Shown: positions 18,433 to 28,961, counted from the whole stretch's first letter. The stretch is DNA of 63,872 nucleotides, filler included, from Acidimicrobiia bacterium (GCA_046759765.1; 9 parts of 9 records of this genome joined end to end with filler, not necessarily neighbours in it); one strand, 5' to 3'. Notes: generated by a model from the sequence alone, not told the origin. A program made the numbers and translations.

Positions 18433-20802
18433 ATGACAACCAAGACCCATCATGAACCCGCCACCTCCCCGGAGATAGGGGGAGTCGGCCACTCGGTCCG
18501 CCGCAAGGAGGACGATCGCTTGATCCAAGGTCGCGGCAACTACGTCGACGATCTCGTGCTGCCCGGGATGCTGCACATGGCCATCCTGAGAAGCCCGATC
18601 GCTCATGGAAAGATCCTGTCGATCGACACAGAGGCGGCACAGGCCACCGACGGTGTCGTCGCAGTCGTCACCGGCGACCTACTGGGCGAGCACAACCTGG
18701 CGTGGATGCCGACTCTGTCAGGAGACACGCAGGCGGTCCTGGCGACCGACAAGGTCCGGTTCCAAGGCCAAGAGGTGGCGGCCGTCATCGCCGAGACCCG
18801 CTACATCGCCGAGGACGCCATCAAGCTGATTGACGTCGATTACGAAGAGCTGCCGGCGATAACCAGTCCGCAGCAGTCGATGGAAGACGGAGCTCCCCTG
18901 ATACGGGACGACAAGGAGGATCAGACCGACAACTTGGTCTACGAATGGGAAGCGGGCGACGCCGAGGCGACCCATGAGGCGTTCGCCAAGGCGGACAAGA
19001 TCGTTCACCTCGACACCCACTATCCGCGCTCGCATTCTTCGCCACTGGAGACCTGCGGCATCGTCGCCGACGTGAACCCCGCGACCGGTGAGGCCACGCT
19101 CTACATGACCTCACAGGCACCCCACGCACACCGCACCGTGTTCGCTCTCGTTGCGGGTCTGCCAGAGCAGAACATCAGGATCATCTCGCCTGACATCGGA
19201 GGCGGGTTCGGCAACAAGGTGCCGGTCTATCCAGGCTACGTGATTGCCACGGCGGCCTCGCTTCTGATCGGGCGTCCCGTGAAGTGGATCGAGACGCGCC
19301 GGGAAAACCTGATGTCAACTGCGTTCGCCCGCGACTTCCACATGCATGGAAAGCTGGCCCTGACTAACGAAGGCCGCATTCTGGGCATGCGAGCGGAGAT
19401 CTGGTCGGACCAAGGGGCGTTCTTTGCCGATGCACAGCCCACCGCGTTCAAGGCGGGGCTGTTCCACGTCTGCACCGGCTCGTACGACTATCCGGCCGCC
19501 CACGTGGTGGCACGAGGGGCCTACACCAATAAGGCACCGGGTGGGGTCGCGTACCGTTGCTCATTCCGGGTGACAGAGGCGTCCTACTTCATCGAGCGGC
19601 TCGTGCAAACAGCGGCCTATGAGCTGGAGATGGACCCGGCCGAGTTCAGAAGAGTGAACTTCATCCAGCCGGACCAGTTTCCATACCACTCGCCCACAGG
19701 GTTCGTCTACGACTCGGGCGACTACGAGGCCGCGCTCCAGTTGGCGCTCGACACTGTCGACTACGAGTCGCTGCGCAAGGAGCAGCTACAGGCTCGCGAG
19801 GAAGGCCGACTTCTCGGGATTGGCGTCGCCAGCTTCACCGAGGTGGTCGGGGCCGGCAACAGTCGTCAGTACGACATCCTGGGACTCAAGATGTTCGACT
19901 CGGCGGAGTTGCGGATCCATCCCACCGGCAAGGCGATTCTCAAGCTAGGCGTTCGCGCGCAAGGGCAGGGCCACGAGACCACCTTCGCGCAGATCGTCGC
20001 CGAGGAGCTGGGCATCCCAGTCTCGGACATCGCGGTCCGTGAGGGTGATACCGACAACACCCCCTATGGCCTGGGTACCTATGCGTCCCGCAGCACGCCC
20101 GTTGCCGGCGCAGCCACGGCCGTGGTGTCACGCAAGATCCGCGAAAAGGCTCGCCAGATTGCGGCCCATCTCCTGGAGGCATCCGAAGAGGACCTCGATT
20201 GGGAGCCGGGCCGGTTCTTCGTGAAGGGCTCGCCGGACAAGGGGTCCACGATCCAGGAGATCGCCTTTGCGGCGTACACGAACTTTCCGGAAGGTATGGA
20301 GGGTGGTCTCGAGGGTGTTCACTACTACGACCCGCCGGAGATGACCTATCCGTTCGGAACGTACGTCGTAGTCGTCGAGGTCGATCCCGAGACCGGGGTC
20401 TGGGAAGTGAATCGGATGGTGGCAGTCGACGACTGCGGCGTCCGGATCAACCCGATGATCGTCGAGGGTCAGATCCATGGAGGCCTGGCCGAGGGGTTCG
20501 CCAAGGCGAACATGCAGTGGATCACGTTCGACGAAGACGGCAACGACCTCTGCTCGGACTTCCTCGACTACCTGATACCGACGGCGTGGGAGACCCCGCA
20601 CTTCGAGACCCTCGAGACCGTGACCCCTTCGCCTCACCACCCTCTGGGTGCCAAAGGTGTGGGCGAGTCCGCCACCGTGGGATCTCCGGCGGCGTTCGTC
20701 AACGCGGTGATCGACGCCATCGCCCACCTGGGAGTGCGGAACATCGACATGCCCGTGCTGCCCGATCGCGTCTGGGCGGCCATACACGGCGAAGACGGCT
20801 AG
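18433..20802 (+). CDS. coxL: Aerobic CO dehydrogenase large subunit, form I
   Basis: Active-site loop AYRCSFR (AYXCSFR); GGGFGNKV; M-S-L gene order. Confidence 0.96.
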   Translation: MTTKTHHEPATSPEIGGVGHSVRRKEDDRLIQGRGNYVDDLVLPGMLHMAILRSPIAHGKILSIDTEAAQATDGVVAVVTGDLLGEHNLAWMPTLSGDTQAVLATDKVRFQGQEVAAVIAETRYIAEDAIKLIDVDYEELPAITSPQQSMEDGAPLIRDDKEDQTDNLVYEWEAGDAEATHEAFAKADKIVHLDTHYPRSHSSPLETCGIVADVNPATGEATLYMTSQAPHAHRTVFALVAGLPEQNIRIISPDIGGGFGNKVPVYPGYVIATAASLLIGRPVKWIETRRENLMSTAFARDFHMHGKLALTNEGRILGMRAEIWSDQGAFFADAQPTAFKAGLFHVCTGSYDYPAAHVVARGAYTNKAPGGVAYRCSFRVTEASYFIERLVQTAAYELEMDPAEFRRVNFIQPDQFPYHSPTGFVYDSGDYEAALQLALDTVDYESLRKEQLQAREEGRLLGIGVASFTEVVGAGNSRQYDILGLKMFDSAELRIHPTGKAILKLGVRAQGQGHETTFAQIVAEELGIPVSDIAVREGDTDNTPYGLGTYASRSTPVAGAATAVVSRKIREKARQIAAHLLEASEEDLDWEPGRFFVKGSPDKGSTIQEIAFAAYTNFPEGMEGGLEGVHYYDPPEMTYPFGTYVVVVEVDPETGVWEVNRMVAVDDCGVRINPMIVEGQIHGGLAEGFAKANMQWITFDEDGNDLCSDFLDYLIPTAWETPHFETLETVTPSPHHPLGAKGVGESATVGSPAAFVNAVIDAIAHLGVRNIDMPVLPDRVWAAIHGEDG

Positions 20803-20811
20803 GAGCCGAAG

Positions 20812-21719
20812 CTGGACGTTTTGGCGGCGGCAGCCGCGGCGCGTGCCCGGGGAGAGGCGTTCGTGTTGGCCACGGTCGTGTGGAGCCGGGGACCCTCCTC
20901 CGGCAAACAGAGCTCCAAGGCGTTGATATATCCCGACGGTCGCGTTGAGGGCTGGCTGGGAGGAGCCTGCGCGGAGCCGACCCTGGTTCTCGAGGCACGA
21001 GAAGCTCTCACCGATGGACGATCCCGACTGCTGGCGCTAGGTCTGGAGGGAGACCTCCCCCCAGGGCTTCGCGATGACGTGACTACGGTGTCGATGGCCT
21101 GCGAGAGCGAGGGTGCCATGGCCGTCTTCTTGGAACCAGTGTTACCCGCCCCCCGTCTGCTGGCAGTCGGAAGATCGCCGGCCGTGGATACCCTGGTCAG
21201 ACTCGCCGCGGAACTCGGATGGCAGGCGTCCGTGGTGGATGACGAAGGCTCGCCTGACGCGCATCCGGGCGTGGAATCCGTCTTCGGGGACCTAAGCAAG
21301 CTGTCCGAGGCAGACCGGGGAACGTTTGTTGTCGTAGCGACGCAAGGCCACTATGACGAGGCAGCCCTCGAGCGAGCTCTCTCCTCGGAAGCCGGCTACG
21401 TAGGACTGGTTGCGTCCAGGAAGCGTGCCGACTCGGTTCTCGAGCTGCTGCGAGGGAGGGGAGTCTCAGAAGAGCAGCTCGCCAGGGTTCGCGCGCCGGC
21501 GGGCCTCGACCTCGGGAAAGTAGCGCACGAAGAGATGGCGGTGGCGATCCTGGCCGAGCTGGTGGCTCTCCGGGCGACGGGCGAGGTCACCACCGCGGTT
21601 CCTGCCCGCGAGCAGCCCGAGACTGCCCTGGATCCTGTGTGCGGTATGACGGTGGAGGTAGCAACGGCTCGCCGTTCGTCGGTGTATGGGGGCCAGACCT
21701 ACTACTTCTGCTCGGCCGG
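20812..21719 (+). CDS. XdhC/CoxF-family Mo-cofactor insertion protein with C-terminal YHS domain (truncated)
   Basis: GWLGGAC, YVGLVAS, APAGLDLG, DPVCGM...YYFCS; start at CTG 20812 or TTG 20821. Confidence 0.88.
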
Positions 21720-21819
21720 NNNNNNNNNNNNNNNNNNNNNNNNNNNNNNNNNNNNNNNNNNNNTTAATTAATTAANNNNNNNNNNNNNNNNNNNNNNNNN
21801 NNNNNNNNNNNNNNNNNNN
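21720..21819. other. Artificial contig spacer
   Basis: N44-TTAATTAATTAA-N44. Confidence 0.99.
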
Positions 21820-21876
21820 GAGCCCCGAGACGTAGAGACGTGCGCGCCGGAACTCCACGCCGTCCACGAAGTCTCG

Positions 21877-22098
21877 CCGGACACGGTGGTGATCATGGAC
21901 GCAGTACGGGGCGCGGTCGACCGAGCCGTCTACTTGTGGACGTTCGAGGGAACCAACACAGGTCCGGGTGGTACCGGCCACAAGGTGAGATTCAACGGCT
22001 GGGAGGAGTGGACGTTCTCCCCTGACGGTCTAGTGGCCGCTTCGATTGGAACCTTCGACTCCGACGAGTACGAACGCCAATTGGCCGAAGGGATCTAA
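21877..22098 (+). pseudogene. SnoaL/NTF2-like protein, C-terminal fragment
   Basis: PDTVVIMD...WTFEGTNTGPGGTG...GWEEW...FDSDEYERQL; N-terminal half absent. Confidence 0.7.
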
Positions 22099-22773
22099 GC
22101 AGGCCCCACCCACACGGAGCCACGCCTTCGACTCGGCAGATATCCCATCATCCATTTCGAAAGTGCCGTCAACCAGTGGGCCACCCATGCCGGGAACCCT
22201 ACGCCAGACAAGCCATCCGCAGACAACGATCTGGCCAGGGCACCCTCAACCGACAGAATGGCAGTTGGGTGTTCTGCGGGACAAAAAGCAACCGAGGGGA
22301 ACGACCGTCTCAGGTCGGGTGCGAACCCCTCGGAACTTGTTGCCTTGCAGCATTTCGAGGCAACAGTCCAGGTTCTCGGCTCCTGACAGCCAGCCCTTAA
22401 CAGAGTTACGTGAAGAGCCTGGTTGCGGTCCCGGTGGCCACCGTGAGTGAATGAGACGTCCGACCCATTTTCCGTCGCCCTGCTGCCGGTACGTTGAGTG
22501 CCTGGCCCGTCTATGGGCCTAACTGGACAGGGGATCGCAACGGAAGGTAGCGGTCCCCTGTTCTGTAGGTAGCGAATGCGTGTCGATATGCGCGGTTTCT
22601 GCCCCGGTCACAGGTCGGTTCACAGCGTGCGTCCTTGCGGGATGTTGAGTGTTCCCTGAGGCAGACACAACGATGTGGTGCCCGCCTGCAGCGCGGATAC
22701 AGGCGGAGCGAAGCTCGGCGTTGCTGTCTGGAGCGGAACATTAGGGTCGGGTTGGGGAGTTGATAGCTGCGAG

Positions 22774-23742
22774 ATGACCCGAACCAGTCCCGAAGCGCGG
22801 ATAGGCATCCTCTACGAGCATCCGCTCTGGTTCGAGCCGCTGTTCACGGAGCTGGACCGGCGAGGTATCCCGTTCGAACGGATCGACGCGGCCACGGTGT
22901 CCTACGACCCGGAGGTGACGTCTCTGCCATACAGCGTAGTTGTGAACCGGATGAGCCCTTCGGCGTGGCTCCGCGGCAGGGAGTCTTCGGTGTTCTCCAC
23001 TCGGAACTACTTGGCTTACCTCGAAGACATCGGGATGCCGGTGATCAACGGCCTCCGAGCTTTCAGCTACGAGATCTCCAAGGCGCGCCAGATCACGCTT
23101 GCTTCCGAGCTCGGGATTCGGCATCCGCGAGCGCGGGTCATCACCGATCCTGAGGAAGCTGTCGCGGCAGCCGACGGCCTGGAGTGGCCCGTGCTGGTGA
23201 AGCCGAACATCGGCGGAAGCGGAGCAGGCATGATGTCGTTCGAAAGTCCGACTGAACTAGGTGAGGCGGCTGATGCAGGCAAACTCGAATTCGGGCCGGA
23301 TCACACGGCGCTCGTCCAGGAGCATCTTCCTGCTGAAGGTGATGCAATCGTCCGTATCGAATTCCTAGACGGCGATTTCCTCTACGCGATTCGGCTCCTG
23401 CTCGTGCCTGGATCGTTCAACCTTTGCCCAGCCGACTATTGCGAGCTGCCCGGCATAGCCGACGGCGTTTCAGGTCGGGGGCTCCCCATTGAGGCCTACC
23501 AGCCACCGGGCGACGCAGTCCGTGATGCCCACCGGCTACTTACCGCAACGGGCGCCGACATCGGAGGCGTCGAGTACCTGATCAACGCACGCGACGGAAA
23601 GCCGTACTTCTACGACGTGAACGCCCTCTCGAACTTTGTGGCCGATGCGCCAGATGTCATCGGGTTCGACCCCTTCGTCAACTTCGTAGACTTCATCGAA
23701 CAGAAGGCAAGTGCTCCAGTTAAGCTCCGCAACCTCGCCTGA
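22774..23742 (+). CDS. ATP-grasp ligase, RimK/glutathione-synthetase-like
   Basis: KPNIGGSGAG, LVQE, GGVEY, YDVN. Confidence 0.85.
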   Translation: MTRTSPEARIGILYEHPLWFEPLFTELDRRGIPFERIDAATVSYDPEVTSLPYSVVVNRMSPSAWLRGRESSVFSTRNYLAYLEDIGMPVINGLRAFSYEISKARQITLASELGIRHPRARVITDPEEAVAAADGLEWPVLVKPNIGGSGAGMMSFESPTELGEAADAGKLEFGPDHTALVQEHLPAEGDAIVRIEFLDGDFLYAIRLLLVPGSFNLCPADYCELPGIADGVSGRGLPIEAYQPPGDAVRDAHRLLTATGADIGGVEYLINARDGKPYFYDVNALSNFVADAPDVIGFDPFVNFVDFIEQKASAPVKLRNLA

Positions 23743-23807
23743 GACCATTAGTTGACTGCCTTTCGAGCGGCTGAGCCCGCAGAACAAACGGATAGGAGGC
23801 ACCGTTT

Positions 23808-24101
23808 ATGCAGTTCACCCAACACATCGTTTTCTACGCGGCCGATGAGGAGCGAGTCACGTCCCTTATCAAGGATTGGCAACCAGATGGGTCAGGGGCA
23901 CCGGCCGGCTTTCCTGGTGGTCGGCTGCTCCGGTTCCGAGACAAGCCTGGACGTTATGTGCTGCAGACAGATTTCGACTCTTGGGAGTCTTCTGAAGCGA
24001 GTAGCGGACGGCCGGAGACGGCCGAGTCGATGAAGAAGCTCCTCGAGCTCACCGACGGCGAGCCCAAATACGAGAATCTGGACGTTCTGCTCGACTTCTA
24101 A
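23808..24101 (+). CDS. Small ABM-like dimeric alpha-beta barrel protein
   Basis: AGGAGG RBS; RDKPGRY...FDSWE...SGRPET...YENLDV pattern. Confidence 0.7.
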   Translation: MQFTQHIVFYAADEERVTSLIKDWQPDGSGAPAGFPGGRLLRFRDKPGRYVLQTDFDSWESSEASSGRPETAESMKKLLELTDGEPKYENLDVLLDF

Positions 24102-24154
24102 CCAGTCCACCTGGCCTTGTCGGGAGCGCATGTGTGCCTTTATGGGCGGGCCAG

Positions 24155-24820
24155 TTAGGTGTCTTTGGATATGGGAGCGGTCGGATGTGGCGGAGTCCTT
24201 CCCCGGGAGGCCTTCCAGATACGCCAGTCGAGGTCAAACGCCTTCAGGCCCAACCGGCGAGCCGCTTCGCTCACAACAGCTACAACCTCCTCGTCGTTAA
24301 GTGACCGGCCAACAGCAGCCTCTGCGAAGCGTCGGACGTGAACGTCCGGCTTGACCGTATCGACGCCCTGGCGCATGACTAGCCACTGGTACACCGCAAT
24401 ACCAAGTCCCTTCACTCGGCCCTCGAAGTCACGTTTGAACTCGCTTCGCTCTGCCCATCTCCGAAGCTGCTCCTCGTCAGAGACACCAATCCTCCCGAAG
24501 TACTGAGCGAGTTCTCGAAGCTGATGGGCGCGGGTCCACAGGTCATAGCCCCAAAGATATTGAGCAAGCCCAGTGTTGCCTTCCTTATCGTCAGGAAACC
24601 GCGTGAACACATCCTCCAGGTCGTCGAGGGTCCGCACTTCGTCCCACCGTTCATCTCTGAAATGATCTAAGGCACGGGCGACAGCGAGGGTGTTCATCCG
24701 GTAGTCGAGGACGGTTTCGAGGAGGCTCATCACGAAGTCATCGTCTAGATAAGTCTCCTCAGTGGGTGGCAAGGAGCGGGCCGCTCTGACGACTCGAGTC
24801 ACATCCTGGGCACTGATCAC
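24155..24820 (-). CDS. Hypothetical protein with a HhH-GPD glycosylase-like motif
   Basis: VKGLGIAVYQWL...KPDVHVRRF...LDWRIW; start uncertain. Confidence 0.6.
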   Translation of the reverse strand: MISAQDVTRVVRAARSLPPTEETYLDDDFVMSLLETVLDYRMNTLAVARALDHFRDERWDEVRTLDDLEDVFTRFPDDKEGNTGLAQYLWGYDLWTRAHQLRELAQYFGRIGVSDEEQLRRWAERSEFKRDFEGRVKGLGIAVYQWLVMRQGVDTVKPDVHVRRFAEAAVGRSLNDEEVVAVVSEAARRLGLKAFDLDWRIWKASRGRTPPHPTAPISKDT

Positions 24821-24897
24821 CCAGCCGACCGTAGTAGCGGCGCAATCTCCTAGCCGGGCGAGCGCATGGGCAGCTGGTAGGCCGGAGTGGACTGCTT

Positions 24898-26244
24898 TCA
24901 GGCCTGGAGCGCGTATAGCTGCCACTCACCGTCGACCCCTTTAAGTGAGCGGCGGCCGCGATCAATGAAACCGATGCCAGATCCGGTAACGAGATCCCTA
25001 ACAGTGCTCGTGACCATGATCTCTTGCGGCGCGGCAGTGGCCATTACACGCGCCGCGACATGGACGGCAATGCCGGCGAGGTCGTCCTCCCTGAACTCGA
25101 TCTCGCCGGTGTGGATGCCGGTTCTGATCTGTAGACCAACCCGATGGAGCTCGTCTCGTAAATCCCGGCCAGCTCTTATGGCACGCCCGGGCCCGTCGAA
25201 GATCGCCAGAATCCCATCGCCGGTGCTCTTGACTATCCGGCCACCGTAGCCCTCTACGACTCTGCCGGCGGTTTCGTCGTGGAGGTTAAGCAGACTATGC
25301 CAGTCGCGATCACCGATGGCTTCGGCCTGTTTGGTCGAGTCAACGATGTCGGTAAACAGGATGGAAGCTAGAGCCCGACGAGGAAGGGCCCCGGGCTGCT
25401 TCCCGGTGAGCAGCTCTTCCACGGCCGTCAAGGTCTCCTCTGGATATTCCCAATAGGGCATTGAGTCCTGACCTGGCAGCTCGACCAGGCGAGCTCCGGT
25501 GATGTGATCAGCGAGATACCGGCCGTGGTCCGCTGAGAGCACCGGCGACGAGGCGCGCTGTAGGACCAGCGTGGGCACCTGAACAGAGGAAAGGAGCGAG
25601 CGACCGTCGGCTTGTATCGATGCGGCGGCATACCGTTGTACTGCCTCCGGACTGGAGATGGTTCGCTGCAGCTTGGCTGCCCATCTCACAAAGCGCGGAT
25701 CGGTCGCCCGGCTCGGCAGAAATAGTTGCACTCCCGCCAGGCCCTCCGTGCCCCAGGCCTCTCCCAGGGTCGGGCCCAGCAATGTCTCGTATTGCTCAGA
25801 GGAAAGCCCAATGGGATAGTCGTCAGCCGCCAGGAAGCGAGCAGTTGAATTGAACAGAACCAGGGCCGTGGACCGCTCAGGCCTGCTCGCCGCGAAAAGC
25901 ATCGCTGCTGGCCCGGCATCGGACATTGCGAAAAGCGCCGCGTCGTTTGAACCTGCGGCATCGAGGACGCACTCGATCTCCTCAGCAAACGCCTCCCAAG
26001 GCGGTAAGGCGTCAAGTGACAACGGATCGGAGGCCCCTGTGCCGCGACGATCGAATCGAATCACGCGGGAGAACACTGCAAGACGTTCGTGGAAGAGCCG
26101 AATCATCGGATCCTCCCACTCGACGTCGATCGATCCCCAATAACCGTTCGTGATCAGCAGATCGATAGGACCTTCACCCACCACCTGATAGGCGATCCGT
26201 TGATCATCGAGGCTGGCGTAGCGAGTGACAGGCTCGACCGTCAC
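24898..26244 (-). CDS. Alpha/beta-hydrolase / class III adenylate cyclase fusion (LipJ-like)
   Basis: FDRRGTGASD; FTDIVDST, KSTGDG, GIAVHVAARV. Confidence 0.92.
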   Translation of the reverse strand: MTVEPVTRYASLDDQRIAYQVVGEGPIDLLITNGYWGSIDVEWEDPMIRLFHERLAVFSRVIRFDRRGTGASDPLSLDALPPWEAFAEEIECVLDAAGSNDAALFAMSDAGPAAMLFAASRPERSTALVLFNSTARFLAADDYPIGLSSEQYETLLGPTLGEAWGTEGLAGVQLFLPSRATDPRFVRWAAKLQRTISSPEAVQRYAAASIQADGRSLLSSVQVPTLVLQRASSPVLSADHGRYLADHITGARLVELPGQDSMPYWEYPEETLTAVEELLTGKQPGALPRRALASILFTDIVDSTKQAEAIGDRDWHSLLNLHDETAGRVVEGYGGRIVKSTGDGILAIFDGPGRAIRAGRDLRDELHRVGLQIRTGIHTGEIEFREDDLAGIAVHVAARVMATAAPQEIMVTSTVRDLVTGSGIGFIDRGRRSLKGVDGEWQLYALQA

Positions 26245-26557
26245 ACGGCCAGACTAGGGAGAGCCCCCAAACCTCGGTCAGACAATCTTCGAGGCGATTG
26301 CCTATGTGGATGAAAATCGGGCGGCTTGAAGTCTCAACCGGACCACCGAACTTTGTACACCACTGCGCCATCGACTGCGCGGCCAGATCCTCAACGCCCA
26401 GCCGCGTTGTACACGCAGACATGAACCGTTCGCGCCGGCCACTCAGCTAGCCCATATGTGCCTGATGGAGCGGGCGGGGTGAGTCTGTCGAGTGGGTGGC
26501 GTGGTCCGGTGAGGGATCGTGTCCCAATCGTTATTGACCGTCGATAGGGTTTGCGGA

Positions 26558-27952
26558 ATGGACAATCTTCGGCAGGGCCTTGAGGCGGCTGTCGATCTGG
26601 TTGTGCGCTATCGAGAGTCCCTTGCGACTACTCGGGTTGGGCCGATCGCGAGCAGGTCTGACGTTGCGGGGGCGCTTCAATCGATACTCCCGGATGAACC
26701 TGCGTCCCTTGATGACGTTGTGAGCGAGCTTGTCTCGGCCGCCGAGCCGGGGTTGATGTCATCCGCTGGTCCCCGGTATTTCGGGTTCGTGGTTGGCGGT
26801 TCGCTCGACGCAGCGTTGATCGCCGATTTCCTTGTATCCGGCTGGGACCAGATCGCATTCAACGAAGCGACTTCACCGTCTGCCCTCGCCTTCGAGGACG
26901 TCGCCGGTTTGTGGCTTAAGCAGCTCCTGGGTATCCCCGAGTCAGCCTCGACCGGATTTGTTACGGGCGCGCAGGCCGCGAATACGGTCGGTTTAGCAGC
27001 AGCCCGCTGGAGGGTGCTTCAGGATCATGGGTGGGATGTGGGGCGCGACGGGCTCAGCGGTGCGCCCCATGTGAGGGTTGTGGTCGGGGCTGAGCGTCAT
27101 GCCACGATTGACCGCTCAATCCGTCTGCTTGGGCTGGGTGAGAGTGCGATCGAGGAGGTCCCGGCACGACCTGACGGAGCGATGGACGCCCATGCACTCC
27201 CAGGTGTGCTCGCATCGAACCCACCCGGGCCTGTGATCGTCTGTGCTCAGGCGGGCAACGTCAACACGGGTGCGTTTGATGATTTGTTGAGTATCGCCGG
27301 ATACGCGCGAGAGCATGGAGCATGGGTGCACGTCGATGGCGCCTTTGGGCTCTGGGCAGCTGCCAGCGCCCGCAGGCGGCATCTGGTCGATGGGATCGAA
27401 CTAGCGGACTCTTGGGGTTGTGACGGCCACAAGTGGCTCAATGTGCCATACGACTCGGGATACGCGTTCTGTTCGCAACCCGACGTCCACGCCACCGCGA
27501 TGGGTTACACAGCGTCCTATCTGACGGGCCAGGTCGCGGGAAGGGTTTTCGGGGGTGGAGACTTTGTGCCTGAGTCATCTCGCCGCGCTAGGGGGTTCGT
27601 AACCTGGGCAGCAATCCGCTCGCTGGGCCGATCGGGAGTCGAAAACCTCGTGGACCGGTGCTGCGAGCTGGCTCGTCGCTTTGCCGCAGGGCTTGATGAC
27701 ATCGAGGGCATCGAAGTCGTCAACGATGTGATCCTCAATCAGGTGTTAGTGCGTGTCGGAGATGCTGAGACCACCGATCATGTGGCCCAGCGGATACAAC
27801 AAGCTGGGATCACTTGGATGGGCGCCACAACATGGCGAGGCGAGCGGCTCTTGCGCATTTCGGTGTCCAATTGGTCCACAACCGAACACGACGTCGACCT
27901 ATCGATTGGGGCGATCGTCAAGGCCCGGGCTGACGTGGCTCAGTCGAGCTGA
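26558..27952 (+). CDS. Group II PLP-dependent amino-acid decarboxylase
   Basis: GPRYFGFV, HVDGAFG, DGHKWLNVPY, SRRARG. Confidence 0.9.
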   Translation: MDNLRQGLEAAVDLVVRYRESLATTRVGPIASRSDVAGALQSILPDEPASLDDVVSELVSAAEPGLMSSAGPRYFGFVVGGSLDAALIADFLVSGWDQIAFNEATSPSALAFEDVAGLWLKQLLGIPESASTGFVTGAQAANTVGLAAARWRVLQDHGWDVGRDGLSGAPHVRVVVGAERHATIDRSIRLLGLGESAIEEVPARPDGAMDAHALPGVLASNPPGPVIVCAQAGNVNTGAFDDLLSIAGYAREHGAWVHVDGAFGLWAAASARRRHLVDGIELADSWGCDGHKWLNVPYDSGYAFCSQPDVHATAMGYTASYLTGQVAGRVFGGGDFVPESSRRARGFVTWAAIRSLGRSGVENLVDRCCELARRFAAGLDDIEGIEVVNDVILNQVLVRVGDAETTDHVAQRIQQAGITWMGATTWRGERLLRISVSNWSTTEHDVDLSIGAIVKARADVAQSS

Positions 27953-28182
27953 TAGGGCTGAGAGGATCTGCCCAAGGGCCTCCTCACTTCAGGCGAGCGC
28001 GCAGCCAGCACCACCCAGTCTCGTATCCAAAACGCTGAAGCCGACCATGTAAGACCAACGTGAGTCATCGGCCTCCGGCCCACGAGATGGCCTAGCGCAT
28101 ACGCAACTTGCACGCTATCCCTCCTTCTCAGACAGCTCATATGTGCGACGATTATGAGGCGGGTAAAAGCGGTGCGGGTCGT

Positions 28183-28848
28183 CTACTCCTGCGTGGTCTG
28201 AGGTTTGGATACGGTGACCTGGCCAAGTCTCCAGGTGGCTGCACCAAGAGCCGCGGTCCCCAAGAAGACCAGCCCCGGGATGGCGGCACCCGCTATTGCC
28301 AGCAGAATGCCCAGACCTCCCACGACTACAAAGACCAATCCGCTCTCTCTTGCTGTCTCGGTTCGAGTCAGAGCAATCCCGTAGAAGCTGAGGGAACCGA
28401 ACCCAAGGAGGTAGAACCACCTGCTGAGGCCTTCTTCGAAGCGCTCGAACGCCTCAAATACAACAACGGCTGTCTCGGAGTCCTGAGAAGCGGCCCAAGT
28501 CTCCACCTCCATGGCCAGAATCCGATCGAGGGCCAAGAACACTGCCGCAAACGCAAACGCGACCATACCCATCCACGCCCAAGTGCGGCCCGGTTCCTGA
28601 AATCGGAGACTGAGCACGACGAGCCCAAGGGTCGTCAGGACGCCGGCTGCCAGGATCAGGCCATTGGCCCAGAAGTGTGCCGTTGGGTTCCCGGCGATGG
28701 CACTCAGGTCACCTTCCCAAGGAGCATCTCGGAGCGACGGCGCAACGAACCCGATCATGGCTCCAGTCGCCATGATTACCAGCGCGCCTACGAGCAGCCC
28801 CCCTGCCAGCCTGCCCGCATTCCCGGTTGGCTTCCCCGCTTCCATCAT
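28183..28848 (-). CDS. Multi-pass membrane protein (DUF4386-like)
   Basis: AAGGAG RBS; about 6 hydrophobic segments. Confidence 0.65.
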   Translation of the reverse strand: MMEAGKPTGNAGRLAGGLLVGALVIMATGAMIGFVAPSLRDAPWEGDLSAIAGNPTAHFWANGLILAAGVLTTLGLVVLSLRFQEPGRTWAWMGMVAFAFAAVFLALDRILAMEVETWAASQDSETAVVVFEAFERFEEGLSRWFYLLGFGSLSFYGIALTRTETARESGLVFVVVGGLGILLAIAGAAIPGLVFLGTAALGAATWRLGQVTVSKPQTTQE

Positions 28849-28961
28849 GGTTCTCCTTACGCGTTTCGAGCCGTCCCCACCGCGGCGGGCGCTCACATAG
28901 AAGAGTCGTGAAACGCCGTTACGCAACCGTTACGAACACCCTCCAAAACCCACCATCGAGG

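Noticed and set aside
22270..22300. Guanidine-I riboswitch-like GCGGGACAAAAAGC
   Set aside because: The pairing partner (CCCG) and the 5' conserved stem are not present
24898..26244. His in place of the catalytic Asn in the cyclase domain as a novelty
   Set aside because: A known feature of LipJ-type hydrolase-cyclase fusions
28108..28911. 267-aa plus-strand ORF and many similar long antisense ORFs
   Set aside because: Shadow ORFs of real genes, expected in GC-rich DNA
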